Source: Raillietiella orientalis (taxonomy: Eukaryota). Taken from it: a stretch of DNA of 64,000 bases. Every line of letters begins with the position of its first letter. The stretch's first letter is position 1. Below are positions 51,466-64,000 of the stretch, piece by piece. The stretch spans positions 186,001-250,000 of the forward strand of contig JAYWIR010000078.1 of assembly GCA_036172245.1 (NCBI GenBank). Direction: 5' to 3'. The position numbers were made by a program, and so were the translations under genes. The notes below the pieces were generated by a model. It saw only the letters and a program-made list of their open reading frames with translations, was not told the origin of the DNA and did not search any database.

Positions 51466-52199
51466 CCTTTTCGTTTGGCATCGCCACACCGGCGTTCTCC
51501 TGTGTCGATGTTCTTTGTACTTCTCCCGTTCGATAAGAACGATCCCGGGGTTTTCTGGCGAGTGGTCGCGGCAAGCCTGCACCCAACCTTCCTGGAACAT
51601 CTTTGCTCCACATGGGTTTCAAGTCTGCTTCCCACCCCGATGGAGTTTGCAATCTCATCTAATGCTCCTTGGACGTTATCGTCCAGGACGATTTCTCAGT
51701 CGATTTCAGGAAGAGCAGACGTCCCATGGGAATGAACCCGATTCAGAAAACACCACTGCATCCCCATGCGCACCCATACAGATGCGCATGCGCATTCCAG
51801 ATGTAGAGCTTCCGAGCACCTTCCGAGCATCTGCAGGCGATGAAAAATAATGCCAGTGCATGTGTCATCTATGTCATGACGTGCAATGATGTCGACAGGA
51901 AGAGAAAGCCCAGAATGGGTCCCCACTTTCTCCTCTGATAATCGAAGTGGAGACGTCTTCCCCGAATTTCGATCCTAAAAGATTCATCGGACCTCATTTT
52001 CGGATTATTTCGACTTCGTTTCGGCGATTTAGCTCCTGGTTTTTTCTTGGTCGAGGCTGCGCAGGACAGCTTGATGTGCCACAGGGGACACGCGGAATCT
52101 TTGCCGGTCCGGGAGGTCGCAGAAACTGCCTGCGTGCGGCTGGAGGCATCTCCTTAATTTGTAATTTGCAGGACTGCCCCTAAACTCAATGATGACGCA

Positions 52200-52900
52200 T
52201 CTATTGATGAAAAGTTCCTGCTGGCTGATGGAGAAAGGCGCTCCTCTTTCTCGCTGCTCCTCCGCATCCGCGTAGCATCATCGTTTCCACGCAACCTCCA
52301 GCGCTTTCGCAACCAGCCTCGCTGGCGTTTACCAGATTTCCGGGTATTCTTGCAGCATTCCACTTCCATTCCTAAGTGAGAGTCTTTCTCGTCTTCTGAG
52401 TAAAACGGAACGGATGGTTCCGTTGCTTCCCAGTCGTCCGGAAGAATTCTTTGGTGACGAAGATCTTATTCCGCTCATTCAAGACTTCTTCCAAAGTCTC
52501 GTCCTCTCGATTCGGAACCCTTGTCGCGAAACTTGGCCTCTTCTCAAGGCATTTCCTCAGGGAACCGTCTGAGGTTTCCCGCATTCTTCACCAAACACTC
52601 ATTCATCTCAGTGGTGTTTCTTGTGCGCGTGTACACGGAACGTTCGAACTCCCGACAGTCCGTTTCAACCTAAAAGCTGCGCTCTTGTTCATTCTCCTCC
52701 GCAAGAGGACAACTCGCCCAGACCTGAAGGACCTCCATCCTGACGGTGTTTCCCGAGCTGATCGCGTCCCAACGGTGCACAGGCGTCCTTCTCGATGGCG
52801 CTTTTCCCAGGAAGAAGGCCATTTCCAAACTTCCCTCGAGCTCGAGACGCCTCGTGATCCCGTCGACATTTCTGTATTCCGGATCCGCCACGTCCCTTGC
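52200..52900 (-). mobile_element. Decayed CR1/L2-like LINE 3' end
   Basis: MEVLQVWAS (lEy..vWsP-like), QRNHPFRF (tRgH..kl) and WNAARIPGNLVNAS (WN.LP..vV.a.s). Confidence 0.4.
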
Positions 52901-53198
52901 TGCTAAGATTTCATCATCTTAGAAAACAAGAGGGACCATTCTAAAAATCAATACTGGGATCGGATGAAGTGCTTTGTCTTCTATTATTCATGAAGTATTC
53001 TTCTCTTTCATCCATGCAATTTATTCCGTTCCCTCCCCCTCCCCCCTTCCTTTTTTTAAGGGATTTCCCCCATCTTCGCGTGTCAATAAATGTACACATG
53101 CTTTTTTTTAATTTTGGAAGATTTTCTCTCACATCGAACTTTCCGCATCACCTGACAACGCCAGTATTCTTTGAGACTTTCAAGTAAGGATTACCCGC

Positions 53199-53299
53199 TT
53201 TCCCTTCCGTGAAGTAAAAAAAAAAAAAGGAAGCTAAAAATAAACACCTGATAGCTAGATTCTGTATCAAAGGAGCAATTTTCTTCGAGGGAATGATTC
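53199..53299 (+). repeat. About 100-bp dispersed direct repeat, copy 1
   Basis: tttcccttccg...aagctaaaaataaacacc..atagct...atcaaaggagcaattt..ttcgagg recurs at 54537-54632. Confidence 0.8.
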
Positions 53300-54536
53300 G
53301 AATCAAAAGGAAGGGCATCCAAACTGAGGGAAAACGGTCCGGAATCCCAAGGAAACCTCAGTACGGTTCCATCCGCAACGAAGCGGACGAAGAAATGCCA
53401 CTGAGCTGATGAAATAATCCGAGATGACGTTTCAGAGGAATGCGAGGGCTTTGTGAAACGGCGGGAGCATAAGAAAAGTCAAAGCAGGGACGTGCGGAGC
53501 GCGATGACGTCACCAGAAGGTACCTCGAAGCCCAGGAGACTTGGGCGCTCTCTTCCTCCAAAAAAAAAAGGAGGGATTCGTCTACAAGGAAAGCAAGGAA
53601 AGGAGCGAGGACAAAGGCAACTTCCGGATGCCCGGCAGAGGGAAGGGAGGGCAAAAAAGGGCGTGACAGTCTCGGGTCGGCAGAGCATCCGCGAACGAGC
53701 AAGCAACTAAAGCCTCGTGGGGAGAGGCGTGGGGCGCATCTTTTAGGAGGCTGGGCCGGCGTGCAGACTCTGAGTGATTTCGTTCCTTCTCCTCCTTTCC
53801 TCCAATGAGCGCGTGCCGTTCCTCGCATAGGTCCACCAGCCGACTGTTTCCTTTGAAGCTCGGTAGCTGCCTAACCCCGTCGAGTCTCGGATTCCGAGGA
53901 CTCCTTGTCCTATCCCACCGTTTTTCCTATTCGAGTTTGGGGAAAGTTTCCTTCGGGGTTGCAAAGCAGCATCTGGATGGGTTCCCACTGAGGAAACGGG
54001 ATCTTCCGGGAAGACGAAGCTTTGAGCCACACTTTGACTCGAGACCTTCGTCCGTAGGGGTGCGGGTGAACGTCAAGGCCGGAGGAACTGTGGACGGATG
54101 CATGAAAGAGGGAGTTTCTCTCCGGACTCAGCAAACGGGCTGGGGGAGGACCACGGGGCCCAAAAAAGCAGGACCGACGGCACGCGTGAACTGGGAGAGT
54201 GCACAGATCGTGAAGGATGCAGGCTGGAGCGGAGGAGGAAAAGGAAGAGGAGGAGGACCCTCGCTGTGACCCGACCCTGTTGTTATCTGCTTTATCCCTG
54301 CATCCATCCTCGGGGCGAGCATTTCCGGACTGAGAAATCCGGCGACCTCCCACAAACGAGGGAAAGGGGCATCTTGACGCTTCTGCGCTCAGAAGTAACA
54401 GCATCGGAAGCATCATTTGTTCCTTCTTGGATGCTGCAAAACGGAAGAAGCGGAGGAAGGCGAAGAAGAAGGAGGAAGCAAAGGTCTCGAAATGGAAGAG
54501 GGACTGAGCATGGGACTGGAGCTGGTTCCTGGTTTC

Positions 54537-54632
54537 TTTCCCTTCCGGGAAGGGAGGGAGTAAGAAGAAAAAGCTAAAAATAAACACCCAATAGCTGCAT
54601 CAAAGGAGCAATTTTATTCGAGGAAATAATTC
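54537..54632 (+). repeat. About 100-bp dispersed direct repeat, copy 2
   Basis: Matches 53199-53299 with small indels. Confidence 0.8.
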
Positions 54633-57600
54633 AAGACGTCGTGCGCTTCTGGAATGGGAAGGTCTTCCCTTCCGGGAGGCCTGAACGGAAGAGGAGAGAG
54701 AGTCTCCGGCAGCCGGTGGAACACGTCATCTTTGGGCTGCTCCAAAAGGGAGTCTCCCCTTTTCTGGGATGAGGATGGGTCCATTCGCTGGTTGATGAGG
54801 ACCCTGCAGCTGAAAGCCCAGAGAAGGTCCATCAGGACACTCTTTGGGAGGGGAGGATGTTGGTGGCTCCAACTCGAGGAAAAGCTCGTGTTTTGCCCCG
54901 CAACTCTCGAGGAAAAAGGGAGCAGCTGGACGGGGGGACTCGGAAACGCAGGAATAAGAAGGAAAGCGAGAGGAGAACGGAAAAGAGCGGAGAGAACTCG
55001 GATGCCACCATGTGCGCCCTTACCGAAAGTAAGCGGTTCAGAAACAGCATCAGCCTCCGAGCAGCAAGGAGATGCAATGGTGTGGTGAAAACTCGAGAGT
55101 CTATTGAATTCTCTTACCTGGCTGGGTTTCGTTCCACACAAGATCCTGGGACACAAAGCCTCTTGCTCTCCCTCCCATTTATTCTTCTGGGTGCCGCTAC
55201 CTAAGCGGGAGGAATAAAGGGGAGGGGCATGCCCTCCATTCCATGGAAAATCTCTTGCACGTCCCGACCTCCGACCTAAGTTTTTGTCCGCTTGTTCCTG
55301 CCGTCAACCAATCGCGGCAGCATGTTCAGGGCGTTCCTCTTCCTCACAAACCAAGGGATAGAAGTGATTGCGTCTTCCTTGCTACAGGACGCTCCTCTTT
55401 TCCAGCTCCCTCTGCATCTATCGAGTCTTTCTGCACCCATCGGAGCCCGTAACGTCACCGAAAGCAAAAGCATTGGCACGTTTCCTCATCCCCCCTCCGT
55501 CTTCTCATTCCTGCCCTGGATGTATTACTTTGCCAGTTCACTTGTAGCCTCCCACTACAAGCCGTCGCCGACTCTTACTCTGCATCTCCTTCGGCTGCTG
55601 CAACCTTCTCCCCTCCGAACGCCACGCTATCCCCTCCTGAGATGATTTCGCAAGGTGAACGGGTAGGTGGGACCCAGGCCGACCGCATTAGCCAGCTGGA
55701 GGCAGAACATCGGCTCATCAGCATCCCCACGTCTTTCTTCGGCGCAGAAACTTTCCATGTCCGTAGGTGGCGAAGCGAAACAGTGAAACGTCAGTCCCAC
55801 TTGGGGTCTGCGGTCGTCACCTTTCTGAGGACGGAAAAAACTCCTCCCTTCCTCCTCTTCGTTTCCTTACTCCTTTTCGCTTCCTTCTGCTCACTTCCTT
55901 TTCCTCCTCTTCCTCCTTCTCAATTCCTCTTCCTCCTCTCTTCCTTCTCCCCCTACCCTTCGCCTTCTCCCGTCCCCCTTCCTTCTCGCTTCCTCCCACA
56001 CCTCCTCTCCTCTTTTCTTCTTTGGCGTACTCACGATAGCTGGCAGCAATTAATTAATTAAATTTTTCCTTCTCCACCCGCTTCCCCGGATCTGGAAGAT
56101 ATTACATTGTGCTTTCCCGAGTCGGAGGCGTCCTCTAATTGATCTGGAACCGGGAGCTTTCGCCCGTGCGAGCGGAGCGTTTGCTCCCCTCCTGATCCGT
56201 CTTTCGCGCCGGACGCTGCTGCTGCCGCGAGCACGAAATCGAATCAGCTCGTGAGCGGGCGATTTGCCTAGGCAACGCATCTCCGAGGATGCTCGCCGGC
56301 TCTGCGTCTGTGGTTTCCGCCTCGGAGGCGCCGCATCTCTCCCTCCTTCTTTCCACCCTATCGTCTGCTCCCTTCCCTCCTTTCTCCCTCGCTTCCCTCT
56401 CCTCCTTCCGAAGTCCGCCTGCGTTCCTCTCTCAAGAGGAATCTCGAGGATCGGGAGCGCCTCTCGCGTTGCCGAGGAACAGGGAAGGAGACAGGAGGCA
56501 GGGACGCAAGGTGGGATCAGCCTTCTTCCTTTCCTTCTCTTGCTGTCTGCTCCTCCGGGAGGGTGGATGCCTGGAGCTTTGTTCCAGCTGACTTCCTTTC
56601 GTTCTTGAAAAAATTCGACGCATCCCGCTCACATAGTCCCTTCCCTCCTCTTCCACAAGACCATCCGGCACCGAAGAAGAGGAGGAGAGGAGGAGGGGTC
56701 GTTCTTCCTTCCCGGCGAAGGCTGAGCGTGCGAGATCGAGGACCAGGGGGGAATGGAGGCGTCTCTCGGCTGATCGAGTCCCGGACCGGGATCAGGAGGT
56801 CGCCTCGTCACGTCGCACCAGGAGTGCCGACACCTCACATCCATCCACCAGCTCCGTCCGTCCGCTCCCGGGAAGAATGATGGGGTCCCAATGATGGGAG
56901 GAGCGCCGTCGGGTTTCAGCAGTAAAAACGACAATCCCAGACGATTTCTGGGAAGACGAATGGACGGACAAAAAGGAATTCCCGCACGCATAGGGGAGGA
57001 AGAAGGGGGGAGGGAAAAAAACGAGGGAAGGATGAGGGAGAGGAAAGCAAAAAAAAAAAAAAAGGAAGGGGAGGGGAGGAGGAATTCCCGTTTCTCGAGA
57101 CTAGGAGCTCGAAGGGCTCAGACCTGCCGCGAATCCCGATTAGGAGATCCTCTCGCTCCAAGAGGGGTGAGGAGGCCCTCCGAGCGGGATTCGCGAGGAT
57201 CCGGCCGGAGGAAAGGGAAAGCAGGGAGCGAAGGAGGGAGGGAGAACGAGCGGCTCTTCGAATCCCTTAGGCGCCGCGCGCTCCAAGGAGGACGGGGCTC
57301 TCTCGACTCCGGGGGTGTTCCTGTCCTGCCCGCGACAATGGAGCCTCCACTCCTCCCTCCCAGTCTCTCCGGAACCTCCGACCGCGCCGCTGCGTACGTG
57401 GTTCCCCCACCCTCTTGCAGCGCGGCTGTCGCGAGGCGAAGGCAAGCCTCTTCGCCTCTCCCCCCTCCTCCTCCTCCTCCCTTCCTTTTCTTTCCTTTCT
57501 TTTCCTCTTCCCTTCCTCCTCTTCCTCTCTTCTTCTTTTTCCACCTTTCCTCCTCCTTCATGAGGAAACAATGCGTGTGCATTCCCCGCGCCCTGGCGGC

Positions 57601-60600
57601 GCTGTCCCGACTTACCTGCTTTGCATCTCCCCGCGAGGGAGGCTCAGAACTAAGAGTAAGACAACACCCCTTAGTCCCTGGATCACTCTCGAGGACTTCG
57701 GTTCCCCTAGGAGGAGCGTGCCTCCCTACAGATCCACGTACCGGCCGCGGAGACTCTGCGATGGTCACGCCCTACTTCTTTCCCTGCCCTCCCTCTCCTT
57801 CTCTCCTGCTGCACCTGAAGGCGAACCCCTGAGACCTTCCCCTTTACTTCTGCTTCTTCCTGACCGCTCCCTTTCCCCGAGTGGCGGATCAATGGCTCCC
57901 CATCGTCCCTCGCACGGGAGCCACGATCGCCTCCCCTCTGCCTCCCGCCTCCCCCATCCCGGGAAACGCTCCGAGTTTCCTTCCGGATGCTGACAGCGAG
58001 CGAGAACATCCGACTCCGCTCCCTCCCTCGCGTCTGCTCCGTCCGCGGCCGCGTCTGCCGCCGTCCCCGCAGACGCCATTTGGAGCTGCTCCCAGCTTCC
58101 CTCGGGAAGTCCTCTCCCCGAGCCGAGAGCAGCGGCAGCAACACTCGTAGGCTACGGAAGGATCCCATCTCCCCGGCACCTCGTCTTAGGCGGGAGTCGC
58201 AGCATCCCCTGAGGCGTAGGCATCTCTCGAAAGCGCTTTTGGAACTCGAGGCAGGAAGCCGTTTAAGATTGGACGGCGCCTGCGCTTCTTGGGAGTCCAA
58301 TCGGATCGACGCCCCTCTGTGCCACAGGAAGCTTCCTCCAGAGGTCACTTCAGGATGCTCTCTGGAGTGCCCTCTGGAGGTGCTATCTGCCACTGCTGCT
58401 CATGGCGTCGCTGGCACGGAATCCGAGGGTGGCCACCGGCGTCGCAGCTCGAGGTGGTCTCTGACTGCAGGGCACAGTGGGTGCTGTTCCTGAAGTAGCA
58501 AAGAGGCACGGAGCCATCTGAACGTAGGAGGAATGCATGCGAAGCCTGGAAACGCCCCGCGGTTTTCGTGCAAGAGAGGAGGGGATGGCAGACTTTGTCA
58601 TTTCCTCTGGATGACCTTGCGGGAGGGGTTTAATCTGGCTGTCTCCCAGACTCTCCCTCCCGAAAGCGAGGTTACAGTTGGCTCTGTCCGTTCAGGCTGA
58701 GGACGGAAGAGTCGCACCTGATTTCGTTCTCCCGGGATCACCTGACTCTCGCAATGATGAACTCCAGGGCTGTTCATGTCCTTGGAAAAATCCTCCTAGC
58801 CGTTCTCAAAGAGATTTCGCTCCTCTAGTCCATCCTGTCCTCCTCTTGAAGCTGGGAATACAGGTTGAGTGACTCGAAACCTTGACCCGCCTTGGGCATC
58901 GCCACGTTTCTCCTCCAAGCCACGCGACGCGGGACGGTTTGTGTTGCCCCCTTTTATTTTTAGATCGCATTGTTGGGCGCCATGATGATCGCACGCGCTG
59001 ACGTCATGAAGCAAAGCTGCCTGTTTTGAATTAAATTTGCCCATTTTAAATAGAATAATAGAGAATCGCTTTTCATGGATAGGAGTCCTCGAATTTCTAT
59101 CAAGTAGCTTTCCTGCGTGTATTCCTGATGTTTCGATCAATACGTCGTAATGCATCCGGCAAAAGGTAGCAGGACAACTGGAGCCAAGGCAACAGGTAAG
59201 CAAGCGGAGCATGTTTCCATTTTCCTCTTATTAATAAGAGTGACTCACAAAATCGGGTCATCGTTCGACTCCACTTGTCATTAGATGATCCGCGTGACGC
59301 TGGATGTAAGAAGAGGAACGCATGGAAATGAAATAGGGGATTGGCTTCGTTGGAGGCACACGCTGTCACAGGAGTTTGTACGCATCCGAATGGGATGGCT
59401 TCCTTAAAAAGACCTCAGAATGGTGCACTTTCGATGATTCCTCCACGCGCGAAGTCTTCGAATCTTGGGTTCTTACAAGAGTCCTCCTGTGGAGGATGGC
59501 TTTTTGCCTACCGGATTCCAATGAGGAGAGCCCTTCCTCTTCTTGTAGCAAAGTAAGACGAGAGAAGAAACGCACCCCTTCAAAATATATTCGAGGTGAG
59601 GACTGGACTTGAAAGTCTTATCCCAATGAACATCTCACGAGGATGAAGAATAACAGAGCTAAGGATGAGACCATTTGGGGATTGAGACGTTTGACTGATG
59701 CATGCATGGAATAAGAAAACTAGGATTCCTTTCAAGACAAGGAATAAAATACACACACACAAAAAAAATAAGCTCTCTGGAAGAGCATTCCTTCAAAGAA
59801 TCGATGCTTCTGAAGGGAGCTTGCGGTCCTGCAATGATTCGTTTCGAAAATGATCCATGCTAATGATCATCTGCCGACATCTGTTGGGGCCACCACTTCT
59901 TAAATCGAGGGTTCTATACAAAGCTGTACACCTAATTTCATCAGCACCTTCAATCCTCGTAATATCTTTCAAGAAGTCCGTTTTCTTACTTCGGCTTGGC
60001 CGAAGTAAGAAAATCACATGGGCTGTGTGGCACACACGTAAGTTTTGGTGGCTGTCGGGGAGATTTAGATTGGTTGTCAAGCGATTGTGTAAGGGTCACG
60101 TCCTTAGCTGCCCTTCTAAAACACAGAGGGAGTACACGTGGAATTATGTCCAACAACAGGATCTTTTCCGAAACTTCTGGATTAGCATGAACCCGTTTCT
60201 CCCATGCAGATGTTGGTAATCTCAAGGAAAAGCTCTCAGGCCCTTTGGGGCACTCCAAGCCAACATTTGCAAAAGCCTGTCGCATGTATATCGAGGAAAG
60301 GTGGCTTTGCTGAACGAGTGTACGCGTGTACACTTTCCGCGGGTATGCGGCGCTTACTCAGAAACGTTGAGAAGAAAAATCGTGGAACACGTTCAGAATA
60401 TTTCCAAAACTCTTGTGCACCTCAGTCGTAGTCACATCGAACAACAACAGCAACAGCGAAGATGCCACTGTGAAGTTGTCTTCCTTTTCTTCCGAGACGG
60501 AGGAAACCCAGCGCTGCATCATGGACGTTGCTTAATTCATTCCGTACGAGATTTCCTCGATACAGGCGGAGCACCAGTCAAATTTTGCTGAAATGCACTT

Positions 60601-60639
60601 TTCAGTGATTTTCCAGAATTTTTGTTTGGCTTTTCTTCT

Positions 60640-60673
<34 letters not shown>

Positions 60674-61492
60674 AGAAGGAGAGAAAGAAAAAAAAAATGG
60701 AAGCACCTAGTTTTTTTTATTTTTATTTTATTTTTCAAACACCAAGTGAACAGGATCCTCCTTATTCGCTGTTGTTGTCACTTAGGGAGATGTTCCTGAT
60801 TTATTTCTTTGGATCCTTTAATTTAATGGCATAGGTTATCCCTAGAACTGTTTATGGAAGCCAATAAAAGAATTCAGAGTCCTTTCCAAAAGTTATCGGG
60901 AACTCCTCCTCTTACCTGCGCAAGCCTGCCCAATGGCCATCTAGAAGTAAAGGTTCATTTTTATCTTGCAGAAGTGCAAGAAAGCGCAGATTTTGATTGC
61001 ACGATATCAATCTGATCCGTAAGATAAGCAGTATGATGCATCCATTCATCGTTCACGGAGAAACTGGGAGTGCTCTTACAAGTGTGTGCAGCATGTGATA
61101 TACAGGCGAAAGCGGTAAGCGAGCCATTTCATGCCATTGAATTCGGTTTTTGCATGCAACTCGAAAATCGAGGAGATGCCTCGAGTCTGAGGAGTGAATC
61201 GGTGGACGCAGTTGCTTGGCAACGGAAGTGCTCCGACACGTCTCGAGCTCGAACTTTGCTGGCGATCTGCTCTGCACGCGGTGCACGGACTTCAGGTCAC
61301 GACGAGTGCTAGAAAAATGGGGGACTATCAAGCTTTCCTATAGGGAGGTGTGTGGAAATGCGTGTTTTTGTGTATTTGTGTTTTTCTCCCCTTTTTGTTC
61401 CCGTTCTTAAAGTCACGTTTCAGTCAAATTAGTGAGCTAAAAAAAAAAAAAAAAACATTCGTAAGCACCATGTTAGGAAATGGGCAAAGTGC

Positions 61493-61545
61493 TTAATTAT
61501 TAATAAATTATTAATAAAATTATTACTCTCAAATTATTAATAAAA
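61493..61545. repeat. AT-rich short tandem repeat (aaattattaataa units)
   Basis: Three to four imperfect copies. Confidence 0.8.
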
Positions 61546-61617
61546 TCTGGTCATGGCTGCTCCATTTTTCGATAAGCTAAAAGTGTCATATGTTTCCCCC
61601 CATCATATGCTTATAAA

Positions 61618-61621
<4 letters not shown>

Positions 61622-61660
<39 letters not shown>
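61622..61660. repeat. (TG)n microsatellite
   Basis: Perfect TG run. Confidence 0.95.
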
Positions 61661-61662
<2 letters not shown>

Positions 61663-64000
61663 ATGCGTCATGCTTCGAAACTTGTCTTTGATTTTCGTTC
61701 ATCCTTACCAGTGCTCCATGTCTGTTTTTCGAAATCGAGGTGATGCAGCGATTAATTTGTACGACGTGTTGTCCAGTTCGATTTTTCCACGTGTTTAATT
61801 AGACACGAAAGGCGTGAGTGCAGGAAAACTGAGCTTGGGAGGGATCACTTGGCTAGGAGGTCTAATCCCATGCATGTCGCGTCTGCCTTCATCATCATAG
61901 CTGCAGCCAACTCGCACCAGTCGTTCTGACCAGCCAAGGCGGAAATGCCTCAGCTGCTTTGAATCGGGAGCGGAAACCAAACTTTCAAACGGGATGCAAA
62001 GCAATAGGTCTTGTGTGCCTTCGGGAAGACAAATTGCCTGCTCATTTCAGATATGATGGCATTCATCTTCAGGAAACGCTTTCTTAAGGAAACCTTGAAT
62101 TATTTCGCTCCTTTCATCTGAAGAAGAGGCAGGCATTCGAATCCCGAACTCGACGGAAAAGCGCATTCAATGAACTTTTTCAGTCAGGCAGTTGCAGTCT
62201 TAACGAATTGTGGCAGAAGAATATTCATTTCCAGTCGAGAAAGCATTCAAGACAGTGCTGCTTGTGGTTGGTCTCGATAAGAGTTGAACTGTTTTTGCAA
62301 GTTCGAAAAGACAGAGAGAGAGAGAGAAGGAAAAGACAAATAATTTAAAAACCGTTCTCCCTGGTATTTCCCCGGTATTTTCCGTTTAAAACAAGCAGCT
62401 TGCCCCCCTCTCCCTCCCCCGCAGGACCACTAGCTTTCACAATAAGATTCAGAAGCGAAATCTTCGTAAGCATTCAGGCATAAAGTGCTGTATTTTCGAT
62501 TTGCTCTGGACGAGGTGGAGCCATCCTGCTACGAAGGCATTCGAGGGACTGCGTTCTTCTGAATAAACAGGAAGGGTATTTGCGATTTTCCCTACCCCCT
62601 TCCTTCAGGAACGCGCCCCCAAATCAAAAAACTTTTCGTAGCTCCGCTCCGTTATGCGTTCATCCAGAGAGGAATTCCATAAACGAAACTTGTCGAGACA
62701 GAAAATAACGGGAAAGGGAAACTTGTGCGATTGGGGAATGCTGATCTCCCGAACAAACAAGCCGAAGATTAAACAGTTTCTCAGGTGACGGTGAGCGGAT
62801 CTACTGTCAAATTTGCCCGTCTGGCCTTCCAAGCCAGCGCCACGGGAAGAAACCCCGTGGCGGCACCCATTTCCATGTTCTGCGGATGCAAACACTCCCA
62901 TCCGCGTCGATGGCTTCTAAAAATTTTCCAACCGATCGTAGAACTTTCTCGGGAGATGGATCAAACGTGCAGTGCGATCTGCGAGTAATCAGATCCGTGC
63001 ACACTGCACACATCGGTAAAAATTCCCCTAACGATTACGATTGATTTACATGATTTGTTGATGCTGTCGAATTGGATTTTTATACATGGGTTCTTGTGTG
63101 TGTTCTTTCTTCGGATGACTCTCTCTTTGATCATATTTTTTTTTTTTTTTTTGTATCAAAAAGCTGCCAAGAAAATTCGTTCCGCAAAGACTTTTCAGAG
63201 AACACGCGCTATCAAGAAACTTGAACGTCGCCTACCTTTTCCAAACTACAGAGAAAGTACACATCATTAGATCACTACAGGGAAAGTATACATTGTAAAC
63301 GGGTTTACAAGGAGCCCCCTGTAAACTCTTTTAGGGGAGCAAAAAAGCTCGAGAAAGGGAATGCTTGATCAAAAGGAAGTTTTTCGGGGGACTGGACTCT
63401 TTGGGAGATCAATTGCTGAATTCTTAAATAGTCATAATGGGGGAGCAGGATCGAGTTCTGATGGTGGATAAAGTTTCCAGAAGGTTCGCACGCAACTGGT
63501 TGCTTCTTTGTATCCTATTAGGTGGCTAGAGATATATTCACGTAGGAAAACTCTGCATCGGGGTTTTTTCTTTCGTTTTTGCTTATGGATCTCACCACGG
63601 CTTTCACGTGACGATCGGTCTCAGATTACCCGTTCTAGGTAATTAATTTTTTTAAGCGAGGCAGCCGAAGAGACCAGAGCACTATTCGTCGGAAGCTGGT
63701 AGGAAACGAATAGCTGCTCATACCCGTCCTTCCTCATAACTTTTGCATCCAGTTTGCCTCGGCTCGAAGCTCCTCTCACCGGAAGAGTTGATCAATAAGG
63801 TGTTCCTGCATCCTTCCAGACAGGAGTGGTTTTTGAAACGGGAGTGAGGTTTCCGGAGTCTTGGAGGTGGAAGCAAGGAGCAGCCTTGCAAATCCCATCT
63901 TCTAGAATGCGTTGCATGACGAAACCCCATGAATTTATCTTTACATTTGAAATTACTGTCTTTTGACAACTGTGTTTGTGTGTTTGTGTGTGTTTGCGTG

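Noticed and set aside
56891..57832. 313-aa ORF and overlapping long ORFs
   Set aside because: Stop-poor because of GC-rich purine and pyrimidine tracts, open in several frames, and not protein-like.
58850..60600. Possible further non-LTR RT relic on the minus strand
   Set aside because: Only vague resemblance (TALYRT, LPSEASIL), with no diagnostic motif.
1..64000. Prokaryotic systems (operons, CRISPR arrays, defence islands, rRNA)
   Set aside because: No regularly spaced repeat-spacer array, no dense coding and no rRNA-like sequence. The organisation is eukaryotic.

Overview
Eukaryotic, intron- and repeat-rich genomic DNA, most likely from an arthropod or other ecdysozoan. This is inferred from GT-AG splice signals, poly(A/T) tracts, microsatellites and a Rebers-Riddiford cuticular protein. 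The only host gene I can support well is a minus-strand chitin-binding cuticular protein: exon 1 at 3786-3800 and exon 2 at about 2681-3116. A few weak orphan exon candidates are also present. Most of the rest is heavily decayed transposons, recognised only from eroded motifs: L1/Tx1-like LINEs, CR1/L2-like LINEs, Ty3/Gypsy pol relics and a possible DIRS tyrosine recombinase. Most ORFs in the supplied track are spurious. The most interesting structure is a family of five tRNA-headed, SINE-like elements. Three of them carry differently 5'-truncated 3' ends of an L1/Tx1-like LINE, in antisense, at the same internal site; two are empty at that site. This is consistent with a LINE that specifically targets a SINE. 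Two neighbouring copies also share a 516-bp near-identical tract, suggesting ectopic gene conversion. All TE family calls come from reading motifs by eye, and boundaries are approximate.
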